This document shows positions 52,265 through 62,296 of a stretch of 64,000 nt of DNA, in pieces; the stretch's first letter is position 1; every line of letters starts with the position of its first letter. The stretch is from assembly GCA_007130865.1 (NCBI GenBank), contig SLRR01000104.1:1159-65158 (forward strand), in the 5' to 3' direction. Both the position numbers and the translations under genes were made by a program. The notes under the pieces were generated by a model that saw only the letters and a program-made list of their open reading frames with translations, did no database searches and was not told where the DNA came from. The stretch comes from Spirochaeta sp. (GTDB lineage Bacteria > Spirochaetota > Spirochaetia > DSM-27196 > Alkalispirochaetaceae).

Positions 52265-54448
52265 ATGACCATGAAGCGCATTATTTTCTTTCTCCTGGCG
52301 TCATCGGTATTTCTGCTGCCGGCAGCCCCCGTTTGGGCGGTAGCCGTTCCCGGCCTCTCGGCGGACGACACTCATGGTCTCGAACACCGCATGACCGTCC
52401 TGGCACTGCAGATCGGGGTTATTCTCTTTGCGGGGTACTTCGGTGCACGTCTGGCGCGTCGTATCGGGATTCCATCGATCCTCGGCGAGATCCTCGCAGG
52501 AATCCTGATCGGCCCGTACGTTCTCGGATCGCTGGGGTTCCCCGGTCATCCCCGGGGCTTGTTTCCACTCCTGGACCAGACGATTTCTATCTCGCCGGAG
52601 CTCTACGGATTCGCAGTGGTGGCGTCGATCGTCCTGCTGTTTCTCACGGGGTTACAGACCGATCTGCGCCTCTTTCTCCGATTCGCATTCAAGGGAAGCG
52701 TCGTCGGCGTGAGCAGCGCGTTCTTCTCGGTACTGTCCGGTATCATCGTGGGGTCCCTCATGCTGCGCGGCGACGTGATGGATCCCCGCAGTGTGTTTCT
52801 CGGCGTCGTGGCGATCGCGACCTCCGTGGATATAACCGCTCGGATTCTCAGCAGTCGCCACAAAATGGCGAGTCCCGAAGCGGTGACGATTCTCTCAGCC
52901 TCGGTTATCGAGGATGTGATCGTGATCACGCTGCTCGCGATCGTACTCGGCGTAGAAGCTATGGGAGGCGGGTTTGGCACCTCCGGAGCGTGGATGATGA
53001 TCCTCTCCGTGGGTGGTCGCGCCCTGGCGGTCTGGCTCGGTTTTACCGCGCTGGGTATTATCTTTGCCCGGCGGATAAGCGGCCTGCTGAAGGGCGTCAA
53101 GAACTCCGCTCAGATCGCGGTGCTCGCTCTGGGGCTTGCACTCCTCCTGGCGGGTCTCTTTGAGAGCGTCGGCCTGGCGATGATCATCGGCGCGTACGTT
53201 ATGGGTCTTTCCCTGGCCAACACTGATATCGCCTACGTCGTGCAGGAGAAAATCGAGACGATCCACCACTTCTTTGACCCGATCTTTTTTACCGTGATCG
53301 GCATGCTGATCAACATTTACGTTATCACCTCGCTGGAAGTAGTCGCGTTTGGTCTGCTCTTCGGCGTTCTTGCGTTCGCAGCAAAGATCGCCGGTTGCGG
53401 AGGAACCTCCCTCGCACTGGGTTTCAATCGCGCCGGAGCGGTCCGGATCAGCATGGGAATGATTCCCCGCGGTGAAGTGGCCCTGATCACGCTCTCCATA
53501 GGTATAGGAACAGGTATCCTGGACGACCGGCTCTTCGGAGTGGCGATCGTGATGACCCTCTTTACCACCCTCGTAGCGCCCCCGATCTTTAACAGGCTTC
53601 TCCTGAAGAACGTAAAAACCACCAGAGAATCCCTGGAAGATACCGAGACGATTACAACCGATTTCGACTTCGGATCGGAGGAGCTCACCAGTTTTCTCCT
53701 GGCCGACGTTGTTCTGACGATGCGCGGCGAGGGTTTTTACGTCACCGGTTCGGAAAGCGAACATAGACTGTACCATATGCGCAAGGACTCCGTGTTTATC
53801 GCCATGATGGCTACCCGGACGAGCCTGCATTTTACGAGTCGTCGCGAGGATGTTACGCTGGTTAACAACATCGTCTACGAGTCGATCCTGAGCCTGCAGC
53901 AGCAGGTAAGCCACATAAAGTCAATCTCCAAGCCAATGGAATTGCGGAGGGCCCTGGTGGAAAAGACCAACCGTGCAGTCGTGGACTGGCAGAAGTACCT
54001 GCCGGCGGAATGCATACATCTTAAGATGCGTGTCACCGATAAAGAGATGGCGATACGCGAACTGGTAGAGTCGCTGACGCACGCCGAGAAACTGGAAGAT
54101 CCCGATGCGGTACTCCAGGCGATCCTGGAACGGGAGCGCACCATGAGCACAGGCATGCAGCATGGCGTGGCGATTCCGCACGGACGGTCCGACGGCGTCA
54201 AGAAACTCGCAATCGCAGTTGGTATCGTGCCGGACGGTATCGATTTTCAATCTCTCGACGGAGAGCCCACAAGGATCATCTTTCTTGTAGCCTCGCCCAA
54301 GGAAAATCCCGGACCACACCTGCAGATACTCGCGGGTATCGCCGGAATCGTGAACAGTCCCGAAGCACGGGAAGAGATGCTGCGAATATCCTCCCGTTCA
54401 AAGTTAATCGAGTACATGGTCAACCACTCCAACCCGAAGCGGAAATAG
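52265..54448 (+). CDS. CPA2 cation:proton antiporter fused to PTS EIIA (Fru/Ntr-like) domain
   Basis: GEILAGILIGP, ATSVDIT, GMIPRGEVAL; C-terminal ERERTMSTG..GVAIPHGR. Confidence 0.9.
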   Translation: MTMKRIIFFLLASSVFLLPAAPVWAVAVPGLSADDTHGLEHRMTVLALQIGVILFAGYFGARLARRIGIPSILGEILAGILIGPYVLGSLGFPGHPRGLFPLLDQTISISPELYGFAVVASIVLLFLTGLQTDLRLFLRFAFKGSVVGVSSAFFSVLSGIIVGSLMLRGDVMDPRSVFLGVVAIATSVDITARILSSRHKMASPEAVTILSASVIEDVIVITLLAIVLGVEAMGGGFGTSGAWMMILSVGGRALAVWLGFTALGIIFARRISGLLKGVKNSAQIAVLALGLALLLAGLFESVGLAMIIGAYVMGLSLANTDIAYVVQEKIETIHHFFDPIFFTVIGMLINIYVITSLEVVAFGLLFGVLAFAAKIAGCGGTSLALGFNRAGAVRISMGMIPRGEVALITLSIGIGTGILDDRLFGVAIVMTLFTTLVAPPIFNRLLLKNVKTTRESLEDTETITTDFDFGSEELTSFLLADVVLTMRGEGFYVTGSESEHRLYHMRKDSVFIAMMATRTSLHFTSRREDVTLVNNIVYESILSLQQQVSHIKSISKPMELRRALVEKTNRAVVDWQKYLPAECIHLKMRVTDKEMAIRELVESLTHAEKLEDPDAVLQAILERERTMSTGMQHGVAIPHGRSDGVKKLAIAVGIVPDGIDFQSLDGEPTRIIFLVASPKENPGPHLQILAGIAGIVNSPEAREEMLRISSRSKLIEYMVNHSNPKRK

Positions 54449-54451
54449 AGC

Positions 54452-55024
54452 ATGACCGCCGCACGCGTAAGACATATCGCCGGGTATACCGCAGCCGTCC
54501 TCGTACTGCTGCTTCCGATCGCTTCCTGCGCCTCACCACCTCAACCGGAGGAAGCGCCGCCGGTAGGGACCGCTCCGGAACCGCCGGCGCCACCACAACC
54601 GCCTCCCCCGCAACAACCGGAAGAGGAACCGCGACCGCAGGCACCTCTGGCAGGTCCCCGATGGTACCTGGACTCCCTCTATGGGAGCTCGCGGATGGCC
54701 GCACCGCCGGGAGGAACGGTATGGATCGAGTTTGTTCCTGACGGAGAGGCGCCCCTTATGCGTGCGTCCAACGGGATCGACGATCTGCGCGCTTCCTACC
54801 GGCACGGTCCCGGGGAACGGCTGACGATCTCCAACGTTACCGTCGAACCCGCCGGAACCGGGGACCGTCGGTTTTCAGCGTACCGGCAGCAACTGGAAGA
54901 CAACATTGGCCTGGTACAGGGGTACTACATCACCGGGAGCACCTGGGAGGAAAGCCGCCTCGTGCTTTATGGAGGCGTCGGTCTGGAAGAGATAGTCCTC
55001 GCTGAGTTCAGCATCCGCGACTAG
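54452..55024 (+). CDS. Lipoprotein with Pro-rich linker (possibly META-like)
   Basis: Lipobox IASC, poly-Pro linker, PLAGPRWYLDSL. Confidence 0.65.
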   Translation: MTAARVRHIAGYTAAVLVLLLPIASCASPPQPEEAPPVGTAPEPPAPPQPPPPQQPEEEPRPQAPLAGPRWYLDSLYGSSRMAAPPGGTVWIEFVPDGEAPLMRASNGIDDLRASYRHGPGERLTISNVTVEPAGTGDRRFSAYRQQLEDNIGLVQGYYITGSTWEESRLVLYGGVGLEEIVLAEFSIRD

Positions 55025-55088
55025 CGAGGCCTCCACAAGTTGTCCAACCTCCAAGAGCTGCTCAGCCCCGCGAGCCCTGACCACGAGA

Positions 55089-55841
55089 TTATTGCGGTAT
55101 CGCCGTACAGACTACCTTCCCGCTCGTCTCGCCACCGGAATCCACCGGTCCCCCGTCCCCCTGCGCTCCCGAGTCGGGATCAACCACGTCAAACGTGTCC
55201 AGCACGCGGAACCCCGCCTGTGTGAGAAACCCCACGATCTCCTCCTCTTCCCAGGGCCGCTGAGAATGGACCTCTCTTCCGGCGGGAAACTCAAACGTTG
55301 TTGTCACCAGCGGCGGCGGTCCCGGATCAAACCGGAGTGACTCGCGAAACGGAAGTCCCCCGATCAGCCGGGGTTGTTCCATCCCGTCGCGACTCTCGTA
55401 CATCTCGGCCGTGTTGAAGTCCACCAGGAACAACCCGTTGGAGAAGAGCCGACCCCGTGCGGCGGTAAAGAATCGCAGCACGTCCTCCGCGTCGAGAAGG
55501 TAGTTGAGCGAGTCGTACACGCACGTAATCAGATCAAACGGACCATGGAAAGGGATACCCTCCCGAAGGTCACCAGGCGCGAGGCCGGCTCCGGGAAGCC
55601 GTTCGCGAGCACGATCGAGCATCGCCGCTGAAACGTCAAACCCGGCGAGACGCCGCTCGGTACTCTCGTCGTCTCCAAGAAACATGAGAAGCAACCCCGT
55701 CCCGCACGCCGCGTCACAGACCCGCCGAAACGGTGCTCCCCGCTCCTCCTCTATCTCTCCCACAAGACCGGCCACGTATTCGCTGTACTCAAACCATCCG
55801 CCGTCGTAAACCTCCGCAAGCAACTCGTAGGGAGCACTCAT
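55089..55841 (-). CDS. Class I SAM-dependent methyltransferase
   Basis: VCDAACGTG, GFDVSAAML, FDLITCVYDSLNY. Confidence 0.88.
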   Translation of the reverse strand: MSAPYELLAEVYDGGWFEYSEYVAGLVGEIEEERGAPFRRVCDAACGTGLLLMFLGDDESTERRLAGFDVSAAMLDRARERLPGAGLAPGDLREGIPFHGPFDLITCVYDSLNYLLDAEDVLRFFTAARGRLFSNGLFLVDFNTAEMYESRDGMEQPRLIGGLPFRESLRFDPGPPPLVTTTFEFPAGREVHSQRPWEEEEIVGFLTQAGFRVLDTFDVVDPDSGAQGDGGPVDSGGETSGKVVCTAIPQ

Positions 55842-57043
55842 TCCCGTTTCATCTCCCGGGCAACTTCGAGAAATTCCTCAGCCGCGCGATCAACCTGTTC
55901 CTCCGTGTGTGCCGCCGAGAGCTGCACGCGTATACGGGCGCGGCCTCGCGGAACCACGGGGTACGCAAAACCGATTACGTAGATTCCGCGGTCCAGAAGT
56001 CGATCCGCCATATCCAGTGCGGTTACTTCGTCGTAGAGCATAACCGGTACGATAGCCGTCTCCGTGGGAAGAACGTCGAGGCCTCCCGCGGTGAGCGCGC
56101 TCCGCAGTCGCGATGCCAGCTCAAGCGGACGCGTCCGACGCTCCGGCTCCTCCTCCACGATCTGCAGAGCCCGCAACGTGGCACCCACCACGGCGGGGGC
56201 CAGGGAGTTGGAAAACAGGTAGGGCCGGGATCGCTGCCGGAGCATCTCCACGATCTCCCGTCTGCCTGCGGTGCAGCCCCCCGACGCGCCGCCCAGGGCT
56301 TTTCCGAACGTGGTTGTGACGATATCGATCTTACCCTGGAGGCCAAAGTAATCCGCGGTACCGCGACCACCTTCTCCGAGATATCCCGTGGCGTGGCAAT
56401 CGTCCACCATCACCAGCGCGTCGTATCGCTCCGCCAGCTCCGCTATACCCGGCAGGGGTGCTATATCCCCATCCATGGAAAAAACCCCGTCGGTAGCGAT
56501 CACGCGGTACCGGGAACCGGCATCGTGCGCCGCCTGGAGTTGCTTTTCCAGGTCGTCCAGGTCCGCGTGGGCATACCGGTACCTCCGGGCTTTGCACAGC
56601 CTGACACCGTCGATGATCGACGCGTGGTTGAGCGCATCCGAGATGATCGCGTCGTCTTCCCCCAGGAGCGGCTCAAACACTCCACCGTTGGCGTCGAACG
56701 CCGCCGCGTACAGGATCGCGTCGTCCATTCCCAGGAACTCCGCGACTTTTTCTTCCAGCTCTCGATGCAGGTCGCTCGTTCCACAGATAAATCGCACCGA
56801 GGCGTACCCGTAACCGTACCGCTCCATCGCCTGCGAGGCCGCGCGGATGAGCGCCGGATGATTCCCCAGGCCCAGATAATTGTTGGCGCAGAAGTTCAGA
56901 ACTTCCCTTGTCGCCCCATCGGGACGCTTCACGTGCATGACCGCATCCTGCGGGCCGGCGATGATACGCTCGCTCTTGTAGAGCCCCTTCGTTTTCAGGT
57001 TCTCCAGGGCAATCTGTAGATCATCCTTCATCGCTCCAAACAT
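55838..57043 (-). CDS. kbl: Glycine C-acetyltransferase (2-amino-3-ketobutyrate CoA ligase)
   Basis: NFCANNYLGL, SVRFICGT, LNHASIIDG, DGVFSMDG, FGKALGG, SRPYLFSN. Confidence 0.96.
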   Translation of the reverse strand: MFGAMKDDLQIALENLKTKGLYKSERIIAGPQDAVMHVKRPDGATREVLNFCANNYLGLGNHPALIRAASQAMERYGYGYASVRFICGTSDLHRELEEKVAEFLGMDDAILYAAAFDANGGVFEPLLGEDDAIISDALNHASIIDGVRLCKARRYRYAHADLDDLEKQLQAAHDAGSRYRVIATDGVFSMDGDIAPLPGIAELAERYDALVMVDDCHATGYLGEGGRGTADYFGLQGKIDIVTTTFGKALGGASGGCTAGRREIVEMLRQRSRPYLFSNSLAPAVVGATLRALQIVEEEPERRTRPLELASRLRSALTAGGLDVLPTETAIVPVMLYDEVTALDMADRLLDRGIYVIGFAYPVVPRGRARIRVQLSAAHTEEQVDRAAEEFLEVAREMKRE

Positions 57044-58001
57044 ATCGGGCATCCTCCAGTCTCCGAGAGAGTACCCGCAGCATATCGCGGGTCATCGTAT
57101 CCAGGTCAAATCGTGGTTCCCAGTCCCACTCCACGCGCGCTGCGTAGTCCTCGAGATTGTTCGGCCAGGAATTGGCGATCGCCTGACGCACGGGGTCTAC
57201 ATGATAGTCTATCTCGAAATCCGGAATATATCTCCGGATGTACGCGGCCTGCTCCTCCGGGCAGAAGCTCATTGCCGTCACGTTGAACGCGTTCCGGTGA
57301 CGCAGCCGAGCGGGATCGGCTTCCATCAGGTCAACCGCGGCACGTACCGCATCGGGCATGTACATCATATCCAGGTAGGTATCGCCCTTGAGAAAGCAGC
57401 TGTACCGGCCACGCCGCACCGCTTGATAGTAGACATCCACGGCGTAGTCCGTGGTACCTCCCCCGGGTAGCGTCCGGTTGGAAATAAGACCGGGATATCT
57501 TACTCCGCGGGTGTCTACACCGTATTTGTGATAGTAGTAATCGCAGAGTAGTTCACCCGCAACCTTGGTGACGCCGTACATCGAGGTAGGTCGCTGAATC
57601 GTATCCTGAGGCGTCCAGTCCCGCGGAGTGGACGGTCCGAACGCGCCGATCGAACTGGGAGTGAACACGGCGCACCGCTCCTCCCGAGCGACTTCGAGCA
57701 CCGTCATCAGTCCGTTCAGGTTCAGATCCCACGCGGTCTGGGGATCATTCTCGGCGGTAGCGGAGAGGAGCGCCGCCAGGTGGTAGATCGTATCGATACG
57801 GTACCGCCGCACAACCGCCGCCAGTTCTTCCCCGTGACGTACATCAAATCGGTAAAACGGGCCTTCTTCTACAAGGTCTGTGTTCACATCGTCCCGTCGG
57901 TCGGTTAGAACCACCTTGTCCACGCCGAACCGTGAGCGCAGCTCCGCAGCGATCTCGCTCCCCAGCTGCCCCAGGGCACCGGTTATCAGTATCTTCTTCA
58001 C
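57021..58001 (-). CDS. tdh: L-threonine 3-dehydrogenase (SDR/epimerase type)
   Basis: TGALGQLG, HLAALLSA, YGVTK, PGGGTTDY; upstream of kbl. Confidence 0.9.
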   Translation of the reverse strand: MKKILITGALGQLGSEIAAELRSRFGVDKVVLTDRRDDVNTDLVEEGPFYRFDVRHGEELAAVVRRYRIDTIYHLAALLSATAENDPQTAWDLNLNGLMTVLEVAREERCAVFTPSSIGAFGPSTPRDWTPQDTIQRPTSMYGVTKVAGELLCDYYYHKYGVDTRGVRYPGLISNRTLPGGGTTDYAVDVYYQAVRRGRYSCFLKGDTYLDMMYMPDAVRAAVDLMEADPARLRHRNAFNVTAMSFCPEEQAAYIRRYIPDFEIDYHVDPVRQAIANSWPNNLEDYAARVEWDWEPRFDLDTMTRDMLRVLSRRLEDARYVWSDEG

Positions 58002-58022
58002 CAGGCTCCGTCCTTCAGAATA

Positions 58023-58103
58023 TTGACAACCCCCGGGGGTCGGAATACACTATATTAAACTTTCGTTCATTATAGTGTATTACACGGCCGGGACGATTGT
58101 CAA
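58023..58103. promoter_or_regulatory. Face-to-face promoters plus inverted-repeat operator
   Basis: Plus TTGACA-17-TACACT; minus TTGACA-18-TACACT; aatacactata-N16-tatagtgtatt at 58044-58081. Confidence 0.7.
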
Positions 58104-58129
58104 AAAACGAATTTTCGGAGCAAAGTTAA

Positions 58130-58729
58130 ATGATGATTGACGCTATCGAACCGTCACAGCAGCCGCCTTTGATCGGCGCAAATATCCGAGCGATCCGCCG
58201 CGAGGCGGGTTACACGCTGGAAGTGCTGGCCGAGCGCAGCGGCGTCTCAAAAGCGATGCTCTCCCAGATCGAAGCTGAGAAGGTGAACCCCACGGTCGCC
58301 ACCGTCTGGAAGATAGCCCAGGGACTCGGGGTGGATATCAACCGGCTTCTTGAGGGAAGCAGCGGCCCGGTGCGCAAGTTTCACGTAACAACCCGCGACG
58401 ATATCACCGTCCTGGATACGGACGAAGCAGGACTCCATATCAAGGTGCTCACGCCGGTCCAGATGGTGGAGGACCTGGAGATGTACCTGCTGACCTTTGC
58501 CCCGGGAGGCGCGTTGCGCTCCGCACCGCATTTTCCCCGGACCGAGGAGTTTCTCACGGTAGTGCGTGGTGCGATCCACGTCCGTGCGGGAGAACGGGAT
58601 GCCCGTCTCGAGGAAGGTGATTTCATCCGTTATCAATGCGACGTGGAGCACAGTATAGAAAACATTTCCGAGGGCTCCGCCGTCGTTCACATGGTGGTGC
58701 GATTCCACAAGCGCACTCTGGCGCAGTAG
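58130..58729 (+). CDS. XRE-family HTH-cupin transcriptional regulator
   Basis: LAERSGVSKAMLSQIE..NPTV, C-terminal cupin. Confidence 0.92.
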   Translation: MMIDAIEPSQQPPLIGANIRAIRREAGYTLEVLAERSGVSKAMLSQIEAEKVNPTVATVWKIAQGLGVDINRLLEGSSGPVRKFHVTTRDDITVLDTDEAGLHIKVLTPVQMVEDLEMYLLTFAPGGALRSAPHFPRTEEFLTVVRGAIHVRAGERDARLEEGDFIRYQCDVEHSIENISEGSAVVHMVVRFHKRTLAQ

Positions 58730-58731
58730 CT

Positions 58732-58767
58732 GAGTTGTCGGGCTGTACCGAGTTGTCGGGCTGTACC
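58732..58767 (+). repeat. Perfect 18-bp tandem repeat x2
   Basis: gagttgtcgggctgtacc twice. Confidence 0.9.
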
Positions 58768-58787
58768 GACCTGACGAGCGCGCCGTC

Positions 58788-58816
58788 TTGACAGGCTCGG
58801 TGGAAGCGCCTACGTT
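58788..58816 (+). promoter_or_regulatory. Sigma-70 promoter, predicted leaderless
   Basis: TTGACA-17-TACGTT-6-ATG(58823). Confidence 0.65.
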
Positions 58817-58822
58817 TCACAA

Positions 58823-59263
58823 ATGCTCAAAGAGGTATTAAACGCGGACCTGGTCACCACGGACCTGCCGGGTAACGACAAGGACCAGGTTATCCGTGCG
58901 TTGCTGGACCTGATCTGTAAGTCCGGTAAGGTCAAAGATCCTGAACTGGCGCTGGACGATGTGCTGGCCCACGAGACCGGGATGTCCACCGGAATGGAAC
59001 ACGGGATCGCTATACCCCACGCAAAGTCTGAAGCGGTAGACGAACTCGTGGCTTGCGTGGGTATCAGCAAACGCAAGATCGACTTTGAGAGTCTCGATCG
59101 TAAACCGGCTCAGATATTTGTGATGACCCTCTCGCCCCGGGACGGTACCGGGCCGCACGTGCAGTTCCTCGCGGAGATCAGCCGTCTCCTGAAGGAACCG
59201 AAGCTCCGTAAAAAACTCCTGAAGGCGCGAACCGACGAGGAACTGCTGGGGCTTCTTACATAG
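58823..59263 (+). CDS. Stand-alone PTS EIIA (Fru/Ntr-like)
   Basis: STGMEHGIAIPHAK, DFESLD, HVQFLAEISR. Confidence 0.9.
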   Translation: MLKEVLNADLVTTDLPGNDKDQVIRALLDLICKSGKVKDPELALDDVLAHETGMSTGMEHGIAIPHAKSEAVDELVACVGISKRKIDFESLDRKPAQIFVMTLSPRDGTGPHVQFLAEISRLLKEPKLRKKLLKARTDEELLGLLT

Positions 59264-59292
59264 AGAAGCAACAATCAACCGTTAAACGATAA

Positions 59293-60915
59293 TCAATCGG
59301 CAAACCATAACCCCCGGGAAACCATGTAATACCGCCCGGAGAAATTCCAGAGCGTGAACCCGCCGGCACCCGCGTCCAGACTTCCTCGGATCTGCCGTTT
59401 CAGATACTCCGTATACATCGGTTCCTCAAACTGCAGTTCTCCTCCGATCAGAAATGACTGAATGTACGGCCGGATCACTACGGAGTCGCCGGTGATGCGA
59501 CGACCCCGGGCGGTCCCCTCGTAGTAGAGATACTCCGCCCACTCCAGATACGGAAGATCACCGCGGAAACTCCGGGGAAAGTGTGAGGGATAGAGCATCG
59601 GGGAGATCACGTCCACGTAGCGTGCGAGCGCGGCGATGTCCTGACCCAGATAACTCATGCGGTACCAGCCGTTAAAACCGAACACATCGATACTAATCGG
59701 TATGTCTATCTCCTGCCTGGCCCGGCGGGCGAACGCCGTGAGAGCCTGAACGCGGGGATCTTCAAAGCGGGGATTCCCCGCGTCAAAGGCGGGACTGTCC
59801 TCCTGGTAACGGTAGAGAATATCCTCACGTCGCCCTTCGGCGGGAGTACGGATATAGTCGAACTGGATCTCGTCCACACCAAGATCCTGCAGTTCCCGGG
59901 CGATCGCTATATTGTAATCCCAGACGAACTCGGAGAACGGATCCACCCAGAACTCCACCTGCCGTGAACGGACGTTACCGTCCACCTGTTCGTCCCGAAA
60001 AATCCCCCATGGAGCGTTCAGGCGGGAATCCCACAGGGCAAAACGGTTATCCTGGAACCGGTACAGTTGCTCGTCCTTGAAAACGACGATCCGGGCGATC
60101 AGGTAAAGATCGTTGTCGTGTACCGAATCGATCAAGCGCCGTGCGTCAAAAAAACGTCGTACCGCGCCGACCTGGTGCGGCTCCTCCAGGGACGTGTTAT
60201 ACGCGATCCGGCCGGCATCATCCTTGAAATCAATAACCACCGCGGTGAACCCGTGTTCCCGGGCAAACTCCATATGCGCCGGCAGCGCCTCCTCCGAGGC
60301 GTGCCAGGGAGCGAGGAAGAACGAGACGTGATCGGCGGCTTTCTCCATGCGGAGAAGGCGCTCCTGGTCGATTTCCGCCACGGGGTGATCCGGTGCGGGT
60401 GTGGCTGCCTGCAACGCCGTTTCCCCTCGGGAGTCGGAAAGGTTCGCCACGCGACCGGCAGTTCGATCGATCGCAAGAACCTCTTCGGACTGGGCCCTCT
60501 GCACCCAGAGGATATTCCGGTCACTCCCGTCGTACGCCGCCAGGGCGATATCGTCAAAGAATCCGTTTCCCATATAGATCGGTGCCAGAGACGTGCTGTT
60601 GATTCGCGACCAGGACTCCCCGCCGTCGGTACTCTCGTACAGTCCGTTGAACGTGGTGGACACCACGATGCGCCGGGTATCCCAGGGCGCCAGTGCGGCA
60701 CTTGTCAGGTACGTGTTGGGTCCCGTAGCGTCCCGCAGCGCCGACGAAGGCTGGTAGCCGGAACTTCCCTCGTGCCGGACATGAAGCGCGGAGGCTTCCA
60801 CGTCCACCGTACTGACAGGCAAGGCACCCAGAGGCAACAGCTGTACAACAAAAAGCGATGCTGCGGTCAGAGCAGAAACGAGAGCGGACCGCGCAGAAAA
60901 ACCGGTAGTGTTCAT
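59293..60915 (-). CDS. Secreted putative glycoside hydrolase (DUF4015-like TIM barrel)
   Basis: VVIDFKDDAG, IARIVVFKD, WVDP, DEIQFDYIR, PMLYPSH; N-terminal STDGGESW Asp-box. Confidence 0.75.
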   Translation of the reverse strand: MNTTGFSARSALVSALTAASLFVVQLLPLGALPVSTVDVEASALHVRHEGSSGYQPSSALRDATGPNTYLTSAALAPWDTRRIVVSTTFNGLYESTDGGESWSRINSTSLAPIYMGNGFFDDIALAAYDGSDRNILWVQRAQSEEVLAIDRTAGRVANLSDSRGETALQAATPAPDHPVAEIDQERLLRMEKAADHVSFFLAPWHASEEALPAHMEFAREHGFTAVVIDFKDDAGRIAYNTSLEEPHQVGAVRRFFDARRLIDSVHDNDLYLIARIVVFKDEQLYRFQDNRFALWDSRLNAPWGIFRDEQVDGNVRSRQVEFWVDPFSEFVWDYNIAIARELQDLGVDEIQFDYIRTPAEGRREDILYRYQEDSPAFDAGNPRFEDPRVQALTAFARRARQEIDIPISIDVFGFNGWYRMSYLGQDIAALARYVDVISPMLYPSHFPRSFRGDLPYLEWAEYLYYEGTARGRRITGDSVVIRPYIQSFLIGGELQFEEPMYTEYLKRQIRGSLDAGAGGFTLWNFSGRYYMVSRGLWFAD

Positions 60916-60975
60916 CTCGGCGGGAGATTACCACAGGAGGGCCTCTCAGTCCACGCTAATCCGACGATTAACGCG

Positions 60976-62268
60976 TCAGTCCAGAGCGAGCAGATATCCC
61001 TTCAGGTACTCCGCCTCGGGAAAATGCAACGGCACCGGATGGTCCGCTCCCTGGGAGTAAACCTCTTCTATCCGTACCACCCGCCGGGCATCCACAGCAG
61101 CCCAGGCGAGAGCGGTACGGAACTCTTCCCGCGTGACAACACCGGAACAGGAGAACGTGATCAGCCGCGCGCCCGGTTTCATCAGTCGGAGTGCCGCCAT
61201 GTTGAGGTCCTTGTACGCACGCAGTCCCGCGTCCCGATGACGTCGCGCAGGAGCAAGTTTCGGTGGGTCCAGAATAACCAGATCAAAGGACGCTACGCCT
61301 TCCGGAACCACCGCGTCGGCGCGGAGCATCTCAAACACATCGCCCCGCATCACCTCGATTCTCTCCCGCGGTGCCTCCTGGAGCGATCGGTTCTCCTCCA
61401 GCATCTCCAGCGCCGCGCCGGAGCTGTCCACGCAAACCACCCGGTCCGCCCCGCACCTGAGCGCGGTCAAACCGAATCCGCCGTGATAACAGAACGCATC
61501 CAGCACCGCACATCCCCGGGCGAGCTCACCGGCGCGGCGCCGGTTTTCCCGCTGGTCACTGTAGTGGCCGGTCTTCTGACCGCTGCCGGGGCGGACACGC
61601 CAGGGCAGACCGTTCTCGTGGATAACGACCGAGGACGACGCATCCCCGGCGTCTTGTTCCCGGGCGTCATCGTGGTCCCGATCACCCTCGCGGTCGTCCG
61701 TCGGAGAAACCCCTTCGCGGCCAAGCATCTCCCGGTCGGGCAGCAGTCGGATCCGTTCCGCCGAGCAGGTTCGTCGAAACTCCTCCGCGATCCACCGGCG
61801 GTTGTCCCAGGCAAAGGCTCCGGAAAACTCGAGTACCAGGTCCGTACCGAAGCGATCCGCCACGAGGCCGGGAAACCCGTCACCTTCGCCGAAGAGAAGA
61901 CGAAACGCGTCGGTGTCGCCCTGCAGAAAGAGCGAATCCCGTCGCCGGCAGGCTGCTCGAATAAGCTCCTCAAACGTGCCCCGATGTATCGCCGACGAGG
62001 GATTTCGGTTTATCATGCGAAGCGCGAGGCGTGATGCCTCGTTGTAGATCCCCCAGCCGATCGGTGTGCCCGTAGGGTCTGAAACGATCGCCGGACGGGT
62101 ATGATCCCAGCACAGACCGTTTCCCGTCACGGTCCGAAGGACATCCGGGGGAAGCGCAGCCGGTCGCGGACGGCCTCCGAGGGCGTTCCTGAATACCCAG
62201 GGATGACCGTTGCGTACCGGTTTGATACCTTTAGGAGAGAGGCGGATTTCCAGCACCTGGTTGTTCAC
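60976..62268 (-). CDS. RlmI-like class I SAM-dependent rRNA methyltransferase
   Basis: GHPWVF, EGDGFPGL..DRF, QKTGHY.DQRENR, LDPPK, FSCS, EYLKG. Confidence 0.88.
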   Translation of the reverse strand: MNNQVLEIRLSPKGIKPVRNGHPWVFRNALGGRPRPAALPPDVLRTVTGNGLCWDHTRPAIVSDPTGTPIGWGIYNEASRLALRMINRNPSSAIHRGTFEELIRAACRRRDSLFLQGDTDAFRLLFGEGDGFPGLVADRFGTDLVLEFSGAFAWDNRRWIAEEFRRTCSAERIRLLPDREMLGREGVSPTDDREGDRDHDDAREQDAGDASSSVVIHENGLPWRVRPGSGQKTGHYSDQRENRRRAGELARGCAVLDAFCYHGGFGLTALRCGADRVVCVDSSGAALEMLEENRSLQEAPRERIEVMRGDVFEMLRADAVVPEGVASFDLVILDPPKLAPARRHRDAGLRAYKDLNMAALRLMKPGARLITFSCSGVVTREEFRTALAWAAVDARRVVRIEEVYSQGADHPVPLHFPEAEYLKGYLLALD

Positions 62269-62296
62269 GCCTCCACCCTACTACAAGGAGCAGGCT

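Noticed and set aside
60067-62034. 655-aa plus-strand ORF and similar long antisense ORFs (e.g. 23692-24888, 55733-57019, 8962-10098)
   Set aside because: Shadow ORFs opposite well-supported genes, expected at high GC, with no recognisable motifs
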